Source: Microcystis aeruginosa NIES-2549 (GTDB lineage Bacteria > Cyanobacteriota > Cyanobacteriia > Cyanobacteriales > Microcystaceae). From it: DNA of 32,000 nt. Each line of letters begins with the position of its first letter. The first letter of the stretch is position 1. The stretch lies in NCBI RefSeq assembly GCF_000981785.2, contig NZ_CP011304.1, forward strand, positions 2,760,001 to 2,792,000, in the 5' to 3' direction. Both the position numbers and the translations under genes were made by a program. Of this stretch, positions 11,488-20,294 are shown piece by piece. The notes beneath the pieces were generated by a model that searched no databases, had not been told where the DNA came from, and was given only the letters and a program-made list of their open reading frames with translations.

Positions 11488-12747
11488 ATGATAACGCTTA
11501 CCTACCAGTACAAACTAAAGGTAAACAGACAACAGGAACGGGAGATAATCCACATTCTTGATGTTTGCAAAAGCGTTTATAATTACGCTCTTTCAGAACG
11601 GAAAGATTGGTTAAACTCTCGAAAGTGTCTTGCGGATCACTGTTCGCTAGTTTCCGAGTACATAATTCCTGCGGATCAACCCTATCCTAATTACTTCGTT
11701 CAAGCTAAAAATCTAACGGAAGCTAAAAAAATCTATCCGATATTAAAGACGGTTAACGCTCAAGTTTTACAGCAAGTATTAAAAACTTTAGATAAGGCGT
11801 TTAACCAGATGAAGTCGAAAAGTTTTGGCTTTCCTAGATTTAAGAAAAAGATGCGGAGTTTTGTTTTTCCTGCGCTGTCAAAAAACTTCTTAGGTGACGA
11901 ATACTTAAATTTTCCACAATTGGGAAAAATTCGGATTAGGAAATCTAGGGAGTACCCGTCTGGGTTTGAGCCTAAACAAGCTCGAATTATCCAAAAAGCG
12001 TCGGGATTTTACGTTTCGGTTTCTTTCCAATCTACGGAATTAGTTCCCGATATGACAGTAGGGAAGACCTGTTTAGGAATTGACGCGGGAATTGAAAGTT
12101 TTGTTGCTACTTCACGGGGAGATTTAATCAAAGACCCTCGATTTTTGTTGAAAGTACAGAGTAAGCTTAAATTGCTACAAGGACGCTTGAAACGGAAAAC
12201 TAAAGGCTCTAGCAATTGGTTAAAACTTCAGGAGAAGATAGCAAGATTACATGAAAAAGTGTCTAATACTCGTAGAGATTGGCACTTTAAACTAAGTCAT
12301 TACCTTTGCGATCTCGCTGATAATATCTTCGTTGAAGATATTAACTTCGTTTCTTGGTCTAGAGGGATCGTTAGAAAACAATCTCTAGATTCGGCTATCG
12401 GTAGTTTTATTAACGAGATACTACCGTTTGTTATTTGGAAACGGGGAAAATATTATCTTAAAGTCGATAAAAACGGAACTTCCCAGGATTGTCCGAATTG
12501 TGGCGCGTTCACTGGTAAAAAGTCGTTATCGGAAAGAGTTCACCGGTGTGATTCTTGCGGTAACATCGAACCAAGAGATACGGCATCAGCAAAGGTAATC
12601 GAGAACCGAGGAAAAAACGCGGTCGGACTGACCGTGTTAGAAAACGCTCGCGGAGGCGATTTGACGGGGATCGACCGGTTAAACCAAGTCGATCTAGTTA
12701 AAAGCCTAAGAACCGAGAATCCCCCGCTACACCGCGCGAGCGGTTAG
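11488..12747 (+). CDS. tnpB: TnpB (IS605 OrfB family) RNA-guided endonuclease
   Basis: 419 aa with a RuvC-like triad (CLGIDAGIES; IFVEDINF; EPRDTASAKVI) and a zinc ribbon (CPNCGAF...HRCDSCGN). It is paired with tnpA inside hairpin-bounded ends. Confidence 0.9.
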   Translation: MITLTYQYKLKVNRQQEREIIHILDVCKSVYNYALSERKDWLNSRKCLADHCSLVSEYIIPADQPYPNYFVQAKNLTEAKKIYPILKTVNAQVLQQVLKTLDKAFNQMKSKSFGFPRFKKKMRSFVFPALSKNFLGDEYLNFPQLGKIRIRKSREYPSGFEPKQARIIQKASGFYVSVSFQSTELVPDMTVGKTCLGIDAGIESFVATSRGDLIKDPRFLLKVQSKLKLLQGRLKRKTKGSSNWLKLQEKIARLHEKVSNTRRDWHFKLSHYLCDLADNIFVEDINFVSWSRGIVRKQSLDSAIGSFINEILPFVIWKRGKYYLKVDKNGTSQDCPNCGAFTGKKSLSERVHRCDSCGNIEPRDTASAKVIENRGKNAVGLTVLENARGGDLTGIDRLNQVDLVKSLRTENPPLHRASG

Positions 12748-12775
12748 CGGGGGAGAGTCAACAGGATACTTTAGA
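12600..12775 (+). ncRNA. predicted omega-RNA (reRNA) scaffold of TnpB; extent approximate
   Basis: This is inferred only from characterised TnpB systems, where the guide RNA derives from the tnpB 3' end plus the right end. The strong right-end hairpin 12721-12753 lies in this region. There is no direct evidence. Confidence 0.3.
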
Positions 12776-12895
12776 TTATGTTCAAGAAAAAACTGGGTTT
12801 TCTGGCGATTTTCCATCAGAATGAGGCATGGGCAAGGGGCTTAAACCCTTTGTTGGCAAAACTTGTCGATACCTCAGTAACGTGAAAAGCGCTAC

Positions 12896-13008
12896 ATACC
12901 ATTTTTCTAAAGTAATGGCAAAGATGGTTAATTGCCCTCACCCCCAACCCCTCTCCCAGAAGGGGAGAGGGCAGTAGGATGCCTGCCACTAATAAAGAAA
13001 AATGGTAT
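12896..13008. mobile_element. MITE-like element with 13-bp perfect terminal inverted repeats
   Basis: ATACCATTTTTCT (12896-12908) pairs with AGAAAAATGGTAT (12996-13008). The interior carries a CCCTCTCCC...GGGAGAGGG hairpin. Confidence 0.45.
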
Positions 13009-13083
13009 TACTTGACAAACAGTTGTTTGTTAAGGGACACTTGTGAAGTATTCTTTTTGACATTTAGAGGGTTGTAACTAACT

Positions 13084-13437
13084 ATGCAACTAAGAGCGTT
13101 TTTCATGGGTCTGACTGTAGCTGGTTTGGTTATACCCAGTGTATTAGGAAGTACATCAAAAGTTTTAGCTGAAGACATTACCTTTACCTTGGAAAATAAA
13201 ACCAGGGTAAATATGACAGAATTTTACGCTTCTCCTAGTGGGGTTAAAAGTTGGGAAAACGATATTTTAGGTGATGATGTTTTAGGCTCTGGAGAGCAGG
13301 TGGAAATTAATATCAATGATGAGCGTACAACTTGTAACTATGACTTTCAAGCCAAATTTGCTGATGGCGATGTAGTGGAAAAATATAATATCAATATTTG
13401 TGAATTGGCAGGTGGTAGTTACGAATTTTATGATTAG
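13084..13437 (+). CDS. small secreted protein of unknown function
   Basis: A signal peptide (MQLRAFFMGLTVAGLVIPSVLGSTSKVLA) is followed by a ~90 aa acidic domain with two Cys. Confidence 0.55.
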   Translation: MQLRAFFMGLTVAGLVIPSVLGSTSKVLAEDITFTLENKTRVNMTEFYASPSGVKSWENDILGDDVLGSGEQVEININDERTTCNYDFQAKFADGDVVEKYNINICELAGGSYEFYD

Positions 13438-13450
13438 GTCGAATAATTAC

Positions 13451-13486
13451 TCTCTACTTGTGCTTAAGAAATTAATTGAGATGAAC
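13451..13486 (+). repeat. orphan, degenerate copy of the CRISPR repeat
   Basis: TCTCTACTTGTGCTTAAGAAATTAATTGAGATGAAC compares with repeat 5/6 TCTCTACTCGCGCTTAGAAATTAATTGACTGGAAAC. It has the same orientation and lies 3.8 kb beyond the array. Confidence 0.65.
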
Positions 13487-13597
13487 GTAGTGGATTGTTT
13501 CAGCTAATTTGGTGTATTAGAAAAATGCTAGAAATTCTATAATCTAAGACTTTAAGCCGAAATCTATTGTCCTATTTTAGCTGAAACAATCCACTAC
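13487..13597. mobile_element. MITE with perfect 21-bp terminal inverted repeats
   Basis: GTAGTGGATTGTTTCAGCTAA (13487-13507) pairs with TTAGCTGAAACAATCCACTAC (13577-13597). The core is AT-rich and 69 nt long. Confidence 0.6.
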
Positions 13598-13609
13598 AAA
13601 TAATTTTAC

Positions 13610-14035
13610 TTAGCGATCACTATCTTCTAAATATCTCTGCAAATCTTTGGTACGCTGCTCGGTGACATCTGCCAAACAAAAACCGTAAACCATCGGAGCC
13701 ATAGATCCTCCTTCAAAGGCACTTCTTTCAAATTCGCAACTGCTGTCTCTAAACTTAATCCAAGCTTGTTGGGCGCTAATTAATTTTTGTTTGTGAGCAG
13801 CTGACAGTTTTGGCAGCAGTTGTTGATAAACTTGGTTTAACTTGCGATCGGCATTTTGATAAGCTATGCTGGCACAAATGTTCATTTCGCTTTGAGTCTG
13901 CGGATTGTTACAGTTAGGGCGTTGAGCTAGTTGCCGGTCCCTCGCTCCAGATGTTGGACCAGCAATGCTACGGGTAGCCATCCCGACGGTGAACAAACTT
14001 GCGATGCTTAACACTGTTAGTAAAAACTTACCCAT
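13610..14035 (-). CDS. LprI-family (DUF1311) periplasmic protein
   Basis: A signal peptide plus the DUF1311 pattern C..P.TQSEMNIC....Y..ADRKLNQVYQQL....QQAWIKFRDSSC. Confidence 0.6.
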   Translation of the reverse strand: MGKFLLTVLSIASLFTVGMATRSIAGPTSGARDRQLAQRPNCNNPQTQSEMNICASIAYQNADRKLNQVYQQLLPKLSAAHKQKLISAQQAWIKFRDSSCEFERSAFEGGSMAPMVYGFCLADVTEQRTKDLQRYLEDSDR

Positions 14036-14205
14036 ATCTATTTATTTTAACGATAGTAAAAATAAGATAGCAGAAATGCAATAGAGCCGAAGATACGAGT
14101 CTTGGACGATATGAAGGTTCAGGTTCCCCGCGTCGGGGGTATTCCCACATTTTATCTAAAAACACTATATGGTAATGTTTAATTTTATTCGCGTAAAAGT
14201 TGCTT

Positions 14206-15225
14206 ATGTCCTTACCTGAACTCCCTCTTCATCTTCAATTAACCCAAATGGTTTCGGGTTACTGGCTATCTCAGGCCATCTATGCTGCGGCTAAATTAAG
14301 TCTAGCCGAGCATTTGAGCAAAGGAGCGAAATCTTGTCAAGAGTTGGCCTCCCTAACGGAGACTAATCCTGCTGCTTTATATCGACTGATGAGAGCGTTA
14401 GCTAGTGTGGGAATTTTTCAAGAAACTGAATCTCAACAGTTTATACTAACTCCCTTAGCTGAACATTTATCTAGTGACCATCCCCGGTCAGTGAAAGCGA
14501 CAGCGATTATGTTAGGAGAAGCCCCCCATTATCAAGCCTGGGGAAATGTGTTACATAGTATTAAAACGGGACAACCATCCTTTGATGATGTCTTTGGGAT
14601 GGGGGTCTTTGAATATTTTCAAACTCATCCGCTAGATGCAGAGATTTTTGAACAGTCGATGAATAGTTTTTCTTTGTCGGAGGAGAAAGCTATTTTAGCT
14701 GTGTATGATTTCTCGGAATTTCAAACCCTAGTAGATGTGGGTGGTGGGTACGGTGAGATGTTGGGGACAATCTTAGAGCAATATCCCCAACTAAAAGGGA
14801 TTCTTTTTGATGAAGAATATGTAATTTCCCATTGTCAACCCACTTTAGAAAAACACGGTATTGTTGATCGTTGTCAAACCGTTGGAGGTAGTTTTTTTGA
14901 ATCCGTACCGTCGGGAGGAGATGGCTATTTATTAAAACATATTATTCATGATTGGGATGATCGACGGGCGATTGCTATTTTGAAAAACTGTTGTCAAGTT
15001 TTAGATAGTAACGGTAAAGTTTTGGTCTTGGAAATGGTTGTTCCTGCGGGTAATAATCCTTCGGCCGCTAAAATGTTAGACTTGAATATGTTAGTTATGT
15101 GTCCAGGAGGTAAAGAAAGAACCGCAGAAGAATTTGAGGAATTGTTGAGCCAAGCAGGTTTAAAATTAAATCGAATTATTCCAACTCAAGAAGATATTTG
15201 TATTATTGAATGCGTTAAAAAATAA
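14206..15225 (+). CDS. class I SAM-dependent O-methyltransferase (COMT-like, with N-terminal dimerisation domain)
   Basis: SAM motif I LVDVGGGYG, LLKHIIHDW, and an N-terminal winged-helix/dimerisation-like segment. I prefer the ATG at 14206 over the TTG at 14200. Confidence 0.75.
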   Translation: MSLPELPLHLQLTQMVSGYWLSQAIYAAAKLSLAEHLSKGAKSCQELASLTETNPAALYRLMRALASVGIFQETESQQFILTPLAEHLSSDHPRSVKATAIMLGEAPHYQAWGNVLHSIKTGQPSFDDVFGMGVFEYFQTHPLDAEIFEQSMNSFSLSEEKAILAVYDFSEFQTLVDVGGGYGEMLGTILEQYPQLKGILFDEEYVISHCQPTLEKHGIVDRCQTVGGSFFESVPSGGDGYLLKHIIHDWDDRRAIAILKNCCQVLDSNGKVLVLEMVVPAGNNPSAAKMLDLNMLVMCPGGKERTAEEFEELLSQAGLKLNRIIPTQEDICIIECVKK

Positions 15226-15229
15226 CATA

Positions 15230-15261
15230 GAAAACGGTTTTCTTTCAAGAAAACCGTTTTC
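15230..15261. terminator. bidirectional hairpin terminator between convergent genes
   Basis: A perfect 13-bp stem GAAAACGGTTTTC / GAAAACCGTTTTC with a 6-nt loop. U-rich flanks are available on both strands. Confidence 0.7.
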
Positions 15262-15267
15262 TATTGT

Positions 15268-16701
15268 TTAGATATAGGTAGCCCAAGATTTTGCCCAGGC
15301 GAGAATTTCATGAACTCGATCGAGGGTTGAAGATTCACAGTAGAGACGCAAAACCGGTTCTGTGCCACTAAAGCGAATTAACAACCAACTGCCATCTTCT
15401 AAACGGAATTTATAACCGTCTATAGGATTACAATCAGTCACTTGTTTACCGGCAATTTCCCTTAAGGGTTCCTGATCCAAAGCAGTAATTAACTGATGGC
15501 GAGCTTCCATATTAGCTAGGGGTAAATCAATACGATCATACTGAGAATAAAAACCAGTTTTATCCTGTAATTGCGCGTAAAGATCGCTTAGATCTTGGCC
15601 CGATTCTACCACTGCTTCCAAAACGTATAAAGCTGATAATAAGGCATCCCGTTCGGGAATGTGACTACCATAACCGACACCTCCCGACTCTTCCCCACCA
15701 ATTAACACAGGAGTGGTCAACATTCGATCGGCGATATACTTATAACCGATCGGGGTTTCAAAGACCGATAAACCGTATAAACTGGCTAATTTGGGGATTA
15801 AATCGGAACCGCTCACCGTTTTCACAATTTCCCCTCTCATTCCCTTTTTGCCGGCTAAATGCTCGATTAAAATCGGGATGAGATTTTGGGTGCTTAAAAA
15901 ATTCCCCCGACCATCGATCGCCGCCACTCGATCGCTATCCCCATCGAAGACCAAACCTACTCGCAAAGGGGCTAAATTTGCGCTGTGAGCCAGCTTATCG
16001 ATAATTTCCGTCAAATTTCTCGGTAAAGGTTCCGGAGAGCCGCCACCGAACAAAGGATCGCGATTGCCGCGTAATTCCGTGATCCCCACCCCCAAAAGAC
16101 GCTCTAAACCGGTAGCCGCCGCACCGTGCATAACATCGGAATAAACTTTTAGTTGTCCCGATTCGATCGCCTCGGCAATAGCGGCAATATTAACTTTTTG
16201 GCGTAAACCCTGACAATAACCTGACCATGGCTCAAAAGTGCTTAATTTACCCGCAGCTGCGTTAAACTGCGGCGGATTAGACAATAAAGCTTCAATTTGT
16301 TGGGTAATTTCTGGCGAGACAGAACCACCAAAATAACCTTTAACTTTCAAACCGAGATATTTAGCCGGGTTATGACTGGCGGTTAACACGATCGCACCGA
16401 GAGCATTTTCTGATCGAGCTGCCCAACTAAAAGCGGGAGTGGGAGCGTAGGATTGGGAGAGAAGCACATCAAAACCAGCTTTTTGCAGCGATTCCGCCGC
16501 AGTTTGAGCAAAATCCTCCGCCATAAACCGCCGATCATAGCCGACGATAATCGTCCGCGAACCCGTGATCTGACCATAATTATCCGCTAAAACCCGAGCC
16601 GCCAAGGGAGCGAGGAGAGCGACTCGATCGAAAGTAAAATCGGCGGCGATAATCCCGCGCCAGCCATCGGTTCCAAATTTAATCGGGTTCACGGTGGTCA
16701 T
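15268..16701 (-). CDS. alpha-D-phosphohexomutase (phosphoglucomutase/phosphomannomutase family)
   Basis: FGTDGWRG N-terminus, active-site Ser loop TASHNPAKYLGLK, metal loop FDGDSDR and sugar loop GGEESGG. Confidence 0.85.
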   Translation of the reverse strand: MTTVNPIKFGTDGWRGIIAADFTFDRVALLAPLAARVLADNYGQITGSRTIIVGYDRRFMAEDFAQTAAESLQKAGFDVLLSQSYAPTPAFSWAARSENALGAIVLTASHNPAKYLGLKVKGYFGGSVSPEITQQIEALLSNPPQFNAAAGKLSTFEPWSGYCQGLRQKVNIAAIAEAIESGQLKVYSDVMHGAAATGLERLLGVGITELRGNRDPLFGGGSPEPLPRNLTEIIDKLAHSANLAPLRVGLVFDGDSDRVAAIDGRGNFLSTQNLIPILIEHLAGKKGMRGEIVKTVSGSDLIPKLASLYGLSVFETPIGYKYIADRMLTTPVLIGGEESGGVGYGSHIPERDALLSALYVLEAVVESGQDLSDLYAQLQDKTGFYSQYDRIDLPLANMEARHQLITALDQEPLREIAGKQVTDCNPIDGYKFRLEDGSWLLIRFSGTEPVLRLYCESSTLDRVHEILAWAKSWATYI

Positions 16702-16769
16702 GATTTATGAACTACCCCTAAAATATCCATTTTCCCAATACTGTAACCCGCTCCGTAACCTCTGGAAAC

Positions 16770-17114
16770 TCATTTTTCTCGATCATCGGTTTTTGCCGCC
16801 GGATCGAGCGCACCGACTTCACTGGCTAATAATTTTTCCATTAACATTTGTAACTTCATCCGTTCTATATAGGGCCATCCCCCGGTTTCCTCGATATCCC
16901 GGAGTAATCCGTATAAGTCCTTACGAGTATTGGGTAAAGATGGCTCGAACATCTGCTCGCGAATTTGCCGATGTAAATTTTCTAAAGTTCGCAGCAACAT
17001 TAACAAACCGTTACAATCTTGCTGATGCTCTTCGGCGATCGCTGTCACCGTCGTTACAAGGGAATGTAGTTGGCCATCTAATTGGCTGTTATCTCCCGGC
17101 AGTGCGCTATTCAT
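16770..17114 (-). CDS. hypothetical protein (looks like a conserved cyanobacterial helical protein)
   Basis: Its amino-acid composition is more plausible than that of the overlapping plus-strand ORF 16694-17182, which is rich in rare residues. It has an ATG start. No motif was recognised. Confidence 0.45.
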   Translation of the reverse strand: MNSALPGDNSQLDGQLHSLVTTVTAIAEEHQQDCNGLLMLLRTLENLHRQIREQMFEPSLPNTRKDLYGLLRDIEETGGWPYIERMKLQMLMEKLLASEVGALDPAAKTDDREK

Positions 17115-17190
17115 GTTCCTATCTGAAAACAGTCACACCAATCATATCAGTCATCAGCTATCAGTTACTTAGAGCCTCCTGACTTGAAAG

Positions 17191-17257
17191 AGGGTGTGGG
17201 GTGTGGGGTGTAGGGTGTAGGGTGTGGGGTGTAGGGTGTAGGGTGTAGGGTGTGGGG
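17191..17257 (+). repeat. heptamer tandem repeat (RGGGTGT)x9 + GGGG
   Basis: Counted directly: 9 units and 10 consecutive G3-4 tracts on the plus strand. Confidence 0.95.
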
Positions 17258-17270
17258 AGAACAAAGCTGC

Positions 17271-17340
17271 CTATTGCCTATTGCCTATTGCCTATTGCCT
17301 CTTGCCTATTGCCTCTTGCCTCTTGCCTCTTGCCTCCTGT
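17271..17340 (+). repeat. heptamer tandem repeat (CTMTTGC)x9 plus a degenerate tenth unit
   Basis: Counted directly. CTATTGC and CTCTTGC variants are interleaved. Confidence 0.95.
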
Positions 17341-17487
17341 TTCCCGTCCCCTGTCCCCCATCTTCTCAATGGTCACGGATCTTTGATAAACTGAGTTTCG
17401 GTGAATTGGCCCGACCGATTCGATAATTCATCAGGCTATGGATCAAGGGTAGTAATTGTAAAGATTGACAAAGAGAGGTTGACATAG

Positions 17488-18321
17488 ATGAGATTTCGTG
17501 CCTTGTTAGTTGCCTTTTTAGCCTTGTGCTTAGGGGTGTTGACAGCTTGTAGTGACGCGCCTAGTGCCGTCCTGAATAGAAACGAGCTAACCTATGATGA
17601 AATTTTAAACACGGGATTAGCTAACAAATGTCCCCAGATTTCCGAGTTCACCCGGGGTACTCTCCCCTTAGAACCCGGCGAAAGTTATGTGGTGACAGAT
17701 TTATGCTTGGAACCCCAAGAATATTTTGTCAAGGGTGAACCCGTTAATAAGCGGGAAGCAGCCACCTTTATACCGGGTAAACTCCTAACCAGAGATACCA
17801 CCAGTTTAGAACAGATGACAGCGAGTTTAACCGTAGGTGAAGACGGTGTTTTAACCCTCAAGGAAGAAGACGGTATCGATTTCCAACCCATTACCGTACA
17901 ATTACCCGGAGGTGAAAGAGTTCCCTTGTTCTTTACCATTAAAGGTTTCACCGGCAAAACCGAAGCCGGATTTAGCTCGATTAACAGTTCCACCGATTTT
18001 GTAGGCGACTTTAAAGTTCCCTCCTATCGTGGCGCTGGTTTCTTGGATCCCAAAGGTCGGGGTGTGGTGACGGGTTATGATAATGCTGTCGCTTTACCCG
18101 CTAGTGCTGATAGTCAAGATTTCCAGCGTGCTAACGTCAAAGCGACGGAACTGGGTAAAGGTACTATGTCTTTACAGGTAACTAAAGTTGACGCTTCTAC
18201 TGGCGAATTTGCTGGTGTTTTTGAAAGTGAACAGCCTTCTGATACAGATTTAGGCGCAAAAGATGCTGAAGAAGTGAAAATTCGCGGCATTTTCTACGGT
18301 CGTCTCGAAGCTCGTGCCTAA
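17488..18321 (+). CDS. psbO: photosystem II manganese-stabilising protein PsbO
   Basis: Lipoprotein-type signal (LTAC) and the conserved blocks LTYDEI..TGLANKCP, FQPITVQLPGGERVPLFFT(I)KG, GYDNAVALPA and GVFESEQPSDTDLGAK. A GAGAGG lies upstream of the ATG. Confidence 0.95.
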   Translation: MRFRALLVAFLALCLGVLTACSDAPSAVLNRNELTYDEILNTGLANKCPQISEFTRGTLPLEPGESYVVTDLCLEPQEYFVKGEPVNKREAATFIPGKLLTRDTTSLEQMTASLTVGEDGVLTLKEEDGIDFQPITVQLPGGERVPLFFTIKGFTGKTEAGFSSINSSTDFVGDFKVPSYRGAGFLDPKGRGVVTGYDNAVALPASADSQDFQRANVKATELGKGTMSLQVTKVDASTGEFAGVFESEQPSDTDLGAKDAEEVKIRGIFYGRLEARA

Positions 18322-18351
18322 TTAATAAATTCAGAGTTTCTGGAAATTAAG

Positions 18352-18384
18352 GCGAATTTCTCCCTAGAGAAGTTCGCTTTTTTT
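18352..18384 (+). terminator. rho-independent terminator of psbO
   Basis: Stem GCGAATTTCTC / GAGAAGTTCGC (one mismatch), loop CCTA, followed by T7. Confidence 0.7.
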
Positions 18385-18406
18385 CTAAGCTTTGACACAA
18401 TTAAGT

Positions 18407-18849
18407 TAAGTAGGTAGGTGTTAAAAACGATCAGTTCCCCCCTTATGAAATTGTAGGGCTAATTCATGAATTAGCCCTACACCTATTACCTAGCTATATT
18501 CCACTGCTAAATCGAGCGACCCCTTCGGCCTGGCTCAGGGCAAGTCTTGTTCCCCACTTAAGCCCGCCATAAAAGGCACTATTCGTTCATTAAACACTAT
18601 AGGAAAGATGCCATGCAATCTTTCCTATCAAAGTAATTTCAGTTCCGGGCTGGTTCGGAGCATCTTTCAATTTGACAACGCCAGGGGGGATATATCTTCA
18701 ATTTAATTATAACCAGCGACTTAGCTGAAAAGGGTGACAAAAAACTAAGTTATCTCCTCAAATCTGTTGAAGTTTTAATGAACTTCTACTTATCAGCTTT
18801 TTCCTCTCTCCTGTTTCCTGTCTCCTTTGCCTGACCACTTACTTAACCG
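18407..18849. mobile_element. cluster of dispersed repeats (long family-A MITE copy with nested palindrome)
   Basis: The ends TAAGTAGGTAGGTG (18407-18420) and CACTTACTTAAC (18838-18849) mirror the ends of 4429-4580. It contains the palindrome at 18453-18480 and no credible ORF. Confidence 0.45.
18453..18480. repeat. 28-nt perfect palindrome GTAGGGCTAATTCATGAATTAGCCCTAC
   Basis: It is self-complementary and differs from 9623-9650 at two mutually complementary positions. Confidence 0.85.
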
Positions 18850-18988
18850 TAACTTCCTATCCCTAGATAAAATTTTACAACTATAATCAGCGATTACTAA
18901 AAATTATATCATTAAAAACCCCGATCTGACATTAAAGAGATAGGGACTAATTATTTTAGATACTTTATGTTTTTTCTGACCTGCTTCT

Positions 18989-20089
18989 CTAAGTATCTTT
19001 AGTCAGATAGCGGATACGAGATTTCAGAAATTCAGCGACTCCATAAATTTCATCAAGACTGTTTATATTCGTGGTTGCTTCTTTACCAGTTTCGACGTTA
19101 TCGGGAATACTGATTGATTTCTTGCCAGTTCTTTCATTGAAGCGCAGACGACAGACTGTTTTGGTTACTTTTCCATCTAAGTTGATACCAAAATAACTTC
19201 TAGTGTCTTTGAATTGAATGCGTGCGGTATTGATTTCTTCGCGTAGAATTGATTTAATAATGTAAAATCCTTCCAATTCTTCGAGGGTCGTATTAATTCC
19301 ATCTCCCCCTGTTTCTTCTGGTGGAGTATCTGCTGCTGCATCAGCAGGATTTGGTTCGGGTTCTTTTCTAAAAACTTCCTCAAATTTTTCTTTGATGATA
19401 TCATTGATATACTCTTTGAGAGAACGCTTAATAATTTCTGTGAATTTTTCGACAACCGATGCAGTTCTCACTCCAGAATACACATGACTAACAAAAAACT
19501 TAACAAAGTCGGGGGAAGGATCATTTAATTGCTGGGCAATCACTTTTTTAACTTCTTTGGTGTACAATAAATTGCGAGCAGCCTCTTTTATTTTGCCAGA
19601 ATTGAAGTCAGATGTGCTAGTGCTAGATTTAGAAAATCGTTTTAATTCGTTAACAGAAGATTCGTCAAAGTCGAGGATGTTAAACTCAAAAAATGGCTTA
19701 TCGTCCATGATATTATCCTTGACAGTATCCGTATAAAAACGATAGATAATCCCATTAGTTAAAACTCCAAAGTTAGCTCCAGTTGCATTAAAATATCGAT
19801 GCAGTTGGGAACTATGTTTAGGATGCTCAAGATTTTGATGACAGCTTTTACATTCCATCAAAATAATCGGTTGATTGTCCAAACAAATAGCATAATCTAC
19901 TTTTTCCCCTTTTAATCCAGTTAAATCGGCACTATATTCGGGGTGAACTTCCATCGGATTGAATACATCGTAACCCCATGCTTGCAAAAAAGGCATAATA
20001 AAAGCTGTTTTGGTTGCCTGTTCGTTTTGGATTTGAGAACGAGAGGTTTCAACTTTTTGAGCAATTTCTTTGAGTTTATCGATTTCCAT
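18989..20089 (-). CDS. stand-alone PD-(D/E)xK protein with a type I restriction enzyme HsdR N-terminal-like domain and an uncharacterised C-terminal domain
   Basis: The N-terminal ~130 aa match the HSDR_N pattern (TKTAFIMPFLQAWGYDV...KVDYAI...PIILMECKS...QLHRY......FGVLTNG..YRFY). A Pro/Glu/Ala-rich linker and a ~110 aa C-terminal domain follow. The gene is visibly AT-rich. Confidence 0.6.
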   Translation of the reverse strand: MEIDKLKEIAQKVETSRSQIQNEQATKTAFIMPFLQAWGYDVFNPMEVHPEYSADLTGLKGEKVDYAICLDNQPIILMECKSCHQNLEHPKHSSQLHRYFNATGANFGVLTNGIIYRFYTDTVKDNIMDDKPFFEFNILDFDESSVNELKRFSKSSTSTSDFNSGKIKEAARNLLYTKEVKKVIAQQLNDPSPDFVKFFVSHVYSGVRTASVVEKFTEIIKRSLKEYINDIIKEKFEEVFRKEPEPNPADAAADTPPEETGGDGINTTLEELEGFYIIKSILREEINTARIQFKDTRSYFGINLDGKVTKTVCRLRFNERTGKKSISIPDNVETGKEATTNINSLDEIYGVAEFLKSRIRYLTKDT

Positions 20090-20294
20090 GATAGCCTCAT
20101 TATCTAGGATGTGTGATTTATCTTCTCAGCCTAACCATAATTTAACCTTTTTTTTACCTCATGGTCAAGCATTTTTGACAGTCATCATCATTAATTCAAG
20201 AATATTTACACTAATCCAGCGCCATTCGGATATTTTATGCTATCATTAGTAGGAACGGGTTATGTTTAATAATGTCCCCATTTGATCAAAGACA

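Larger units (their letters stand above)
10945..12770 (+). mobile_element. IS200/IS605-family insertion sequence (divergent tnpA and tnpB); boundaries approximate
   Basis: There are subterminal hairpins on the same strand at both ends. The left one is CTCCCGTTAA/TTAACGGGAG (10952-10961 / 10974-10983). The right one is CCCCCGCTACACCGC/GCGGTTAGCGGGGG (12721-12735 / 12740-12753). Both share AGCGGTTA(A/G)CGGG. They flank the tnpA and tnpB genes. Confidence 0.8.

Noticed and set aside
11488-12747. The TnpB-like RuvC nuclease 1.8 kb from a CRISPR array might be a miniature type V (Cas12f-like) effector using that array.
   Set aside because: It is paired with a Y1 transposase and enclosed by IS200/IS605 subterminal hairpins. 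A PEP-CTERM gene and MITEs separate it from the array, and the array sits next to a type III operon. Ordinary IS-borne TnpB is the economical reading.
16694-17182. 162 aa plus-strand ORF overlapping the start of the phosphohexomutase gene and all of the 16770-17114 ORF.
   Set aside because: Its composition is odd (rich in Arg, Tyr, Pro, Leu and Ser, with no motif). It is antisense to a more protein-like ORF and its start overlaps the mutase start. I treat it as a shadow ORF.
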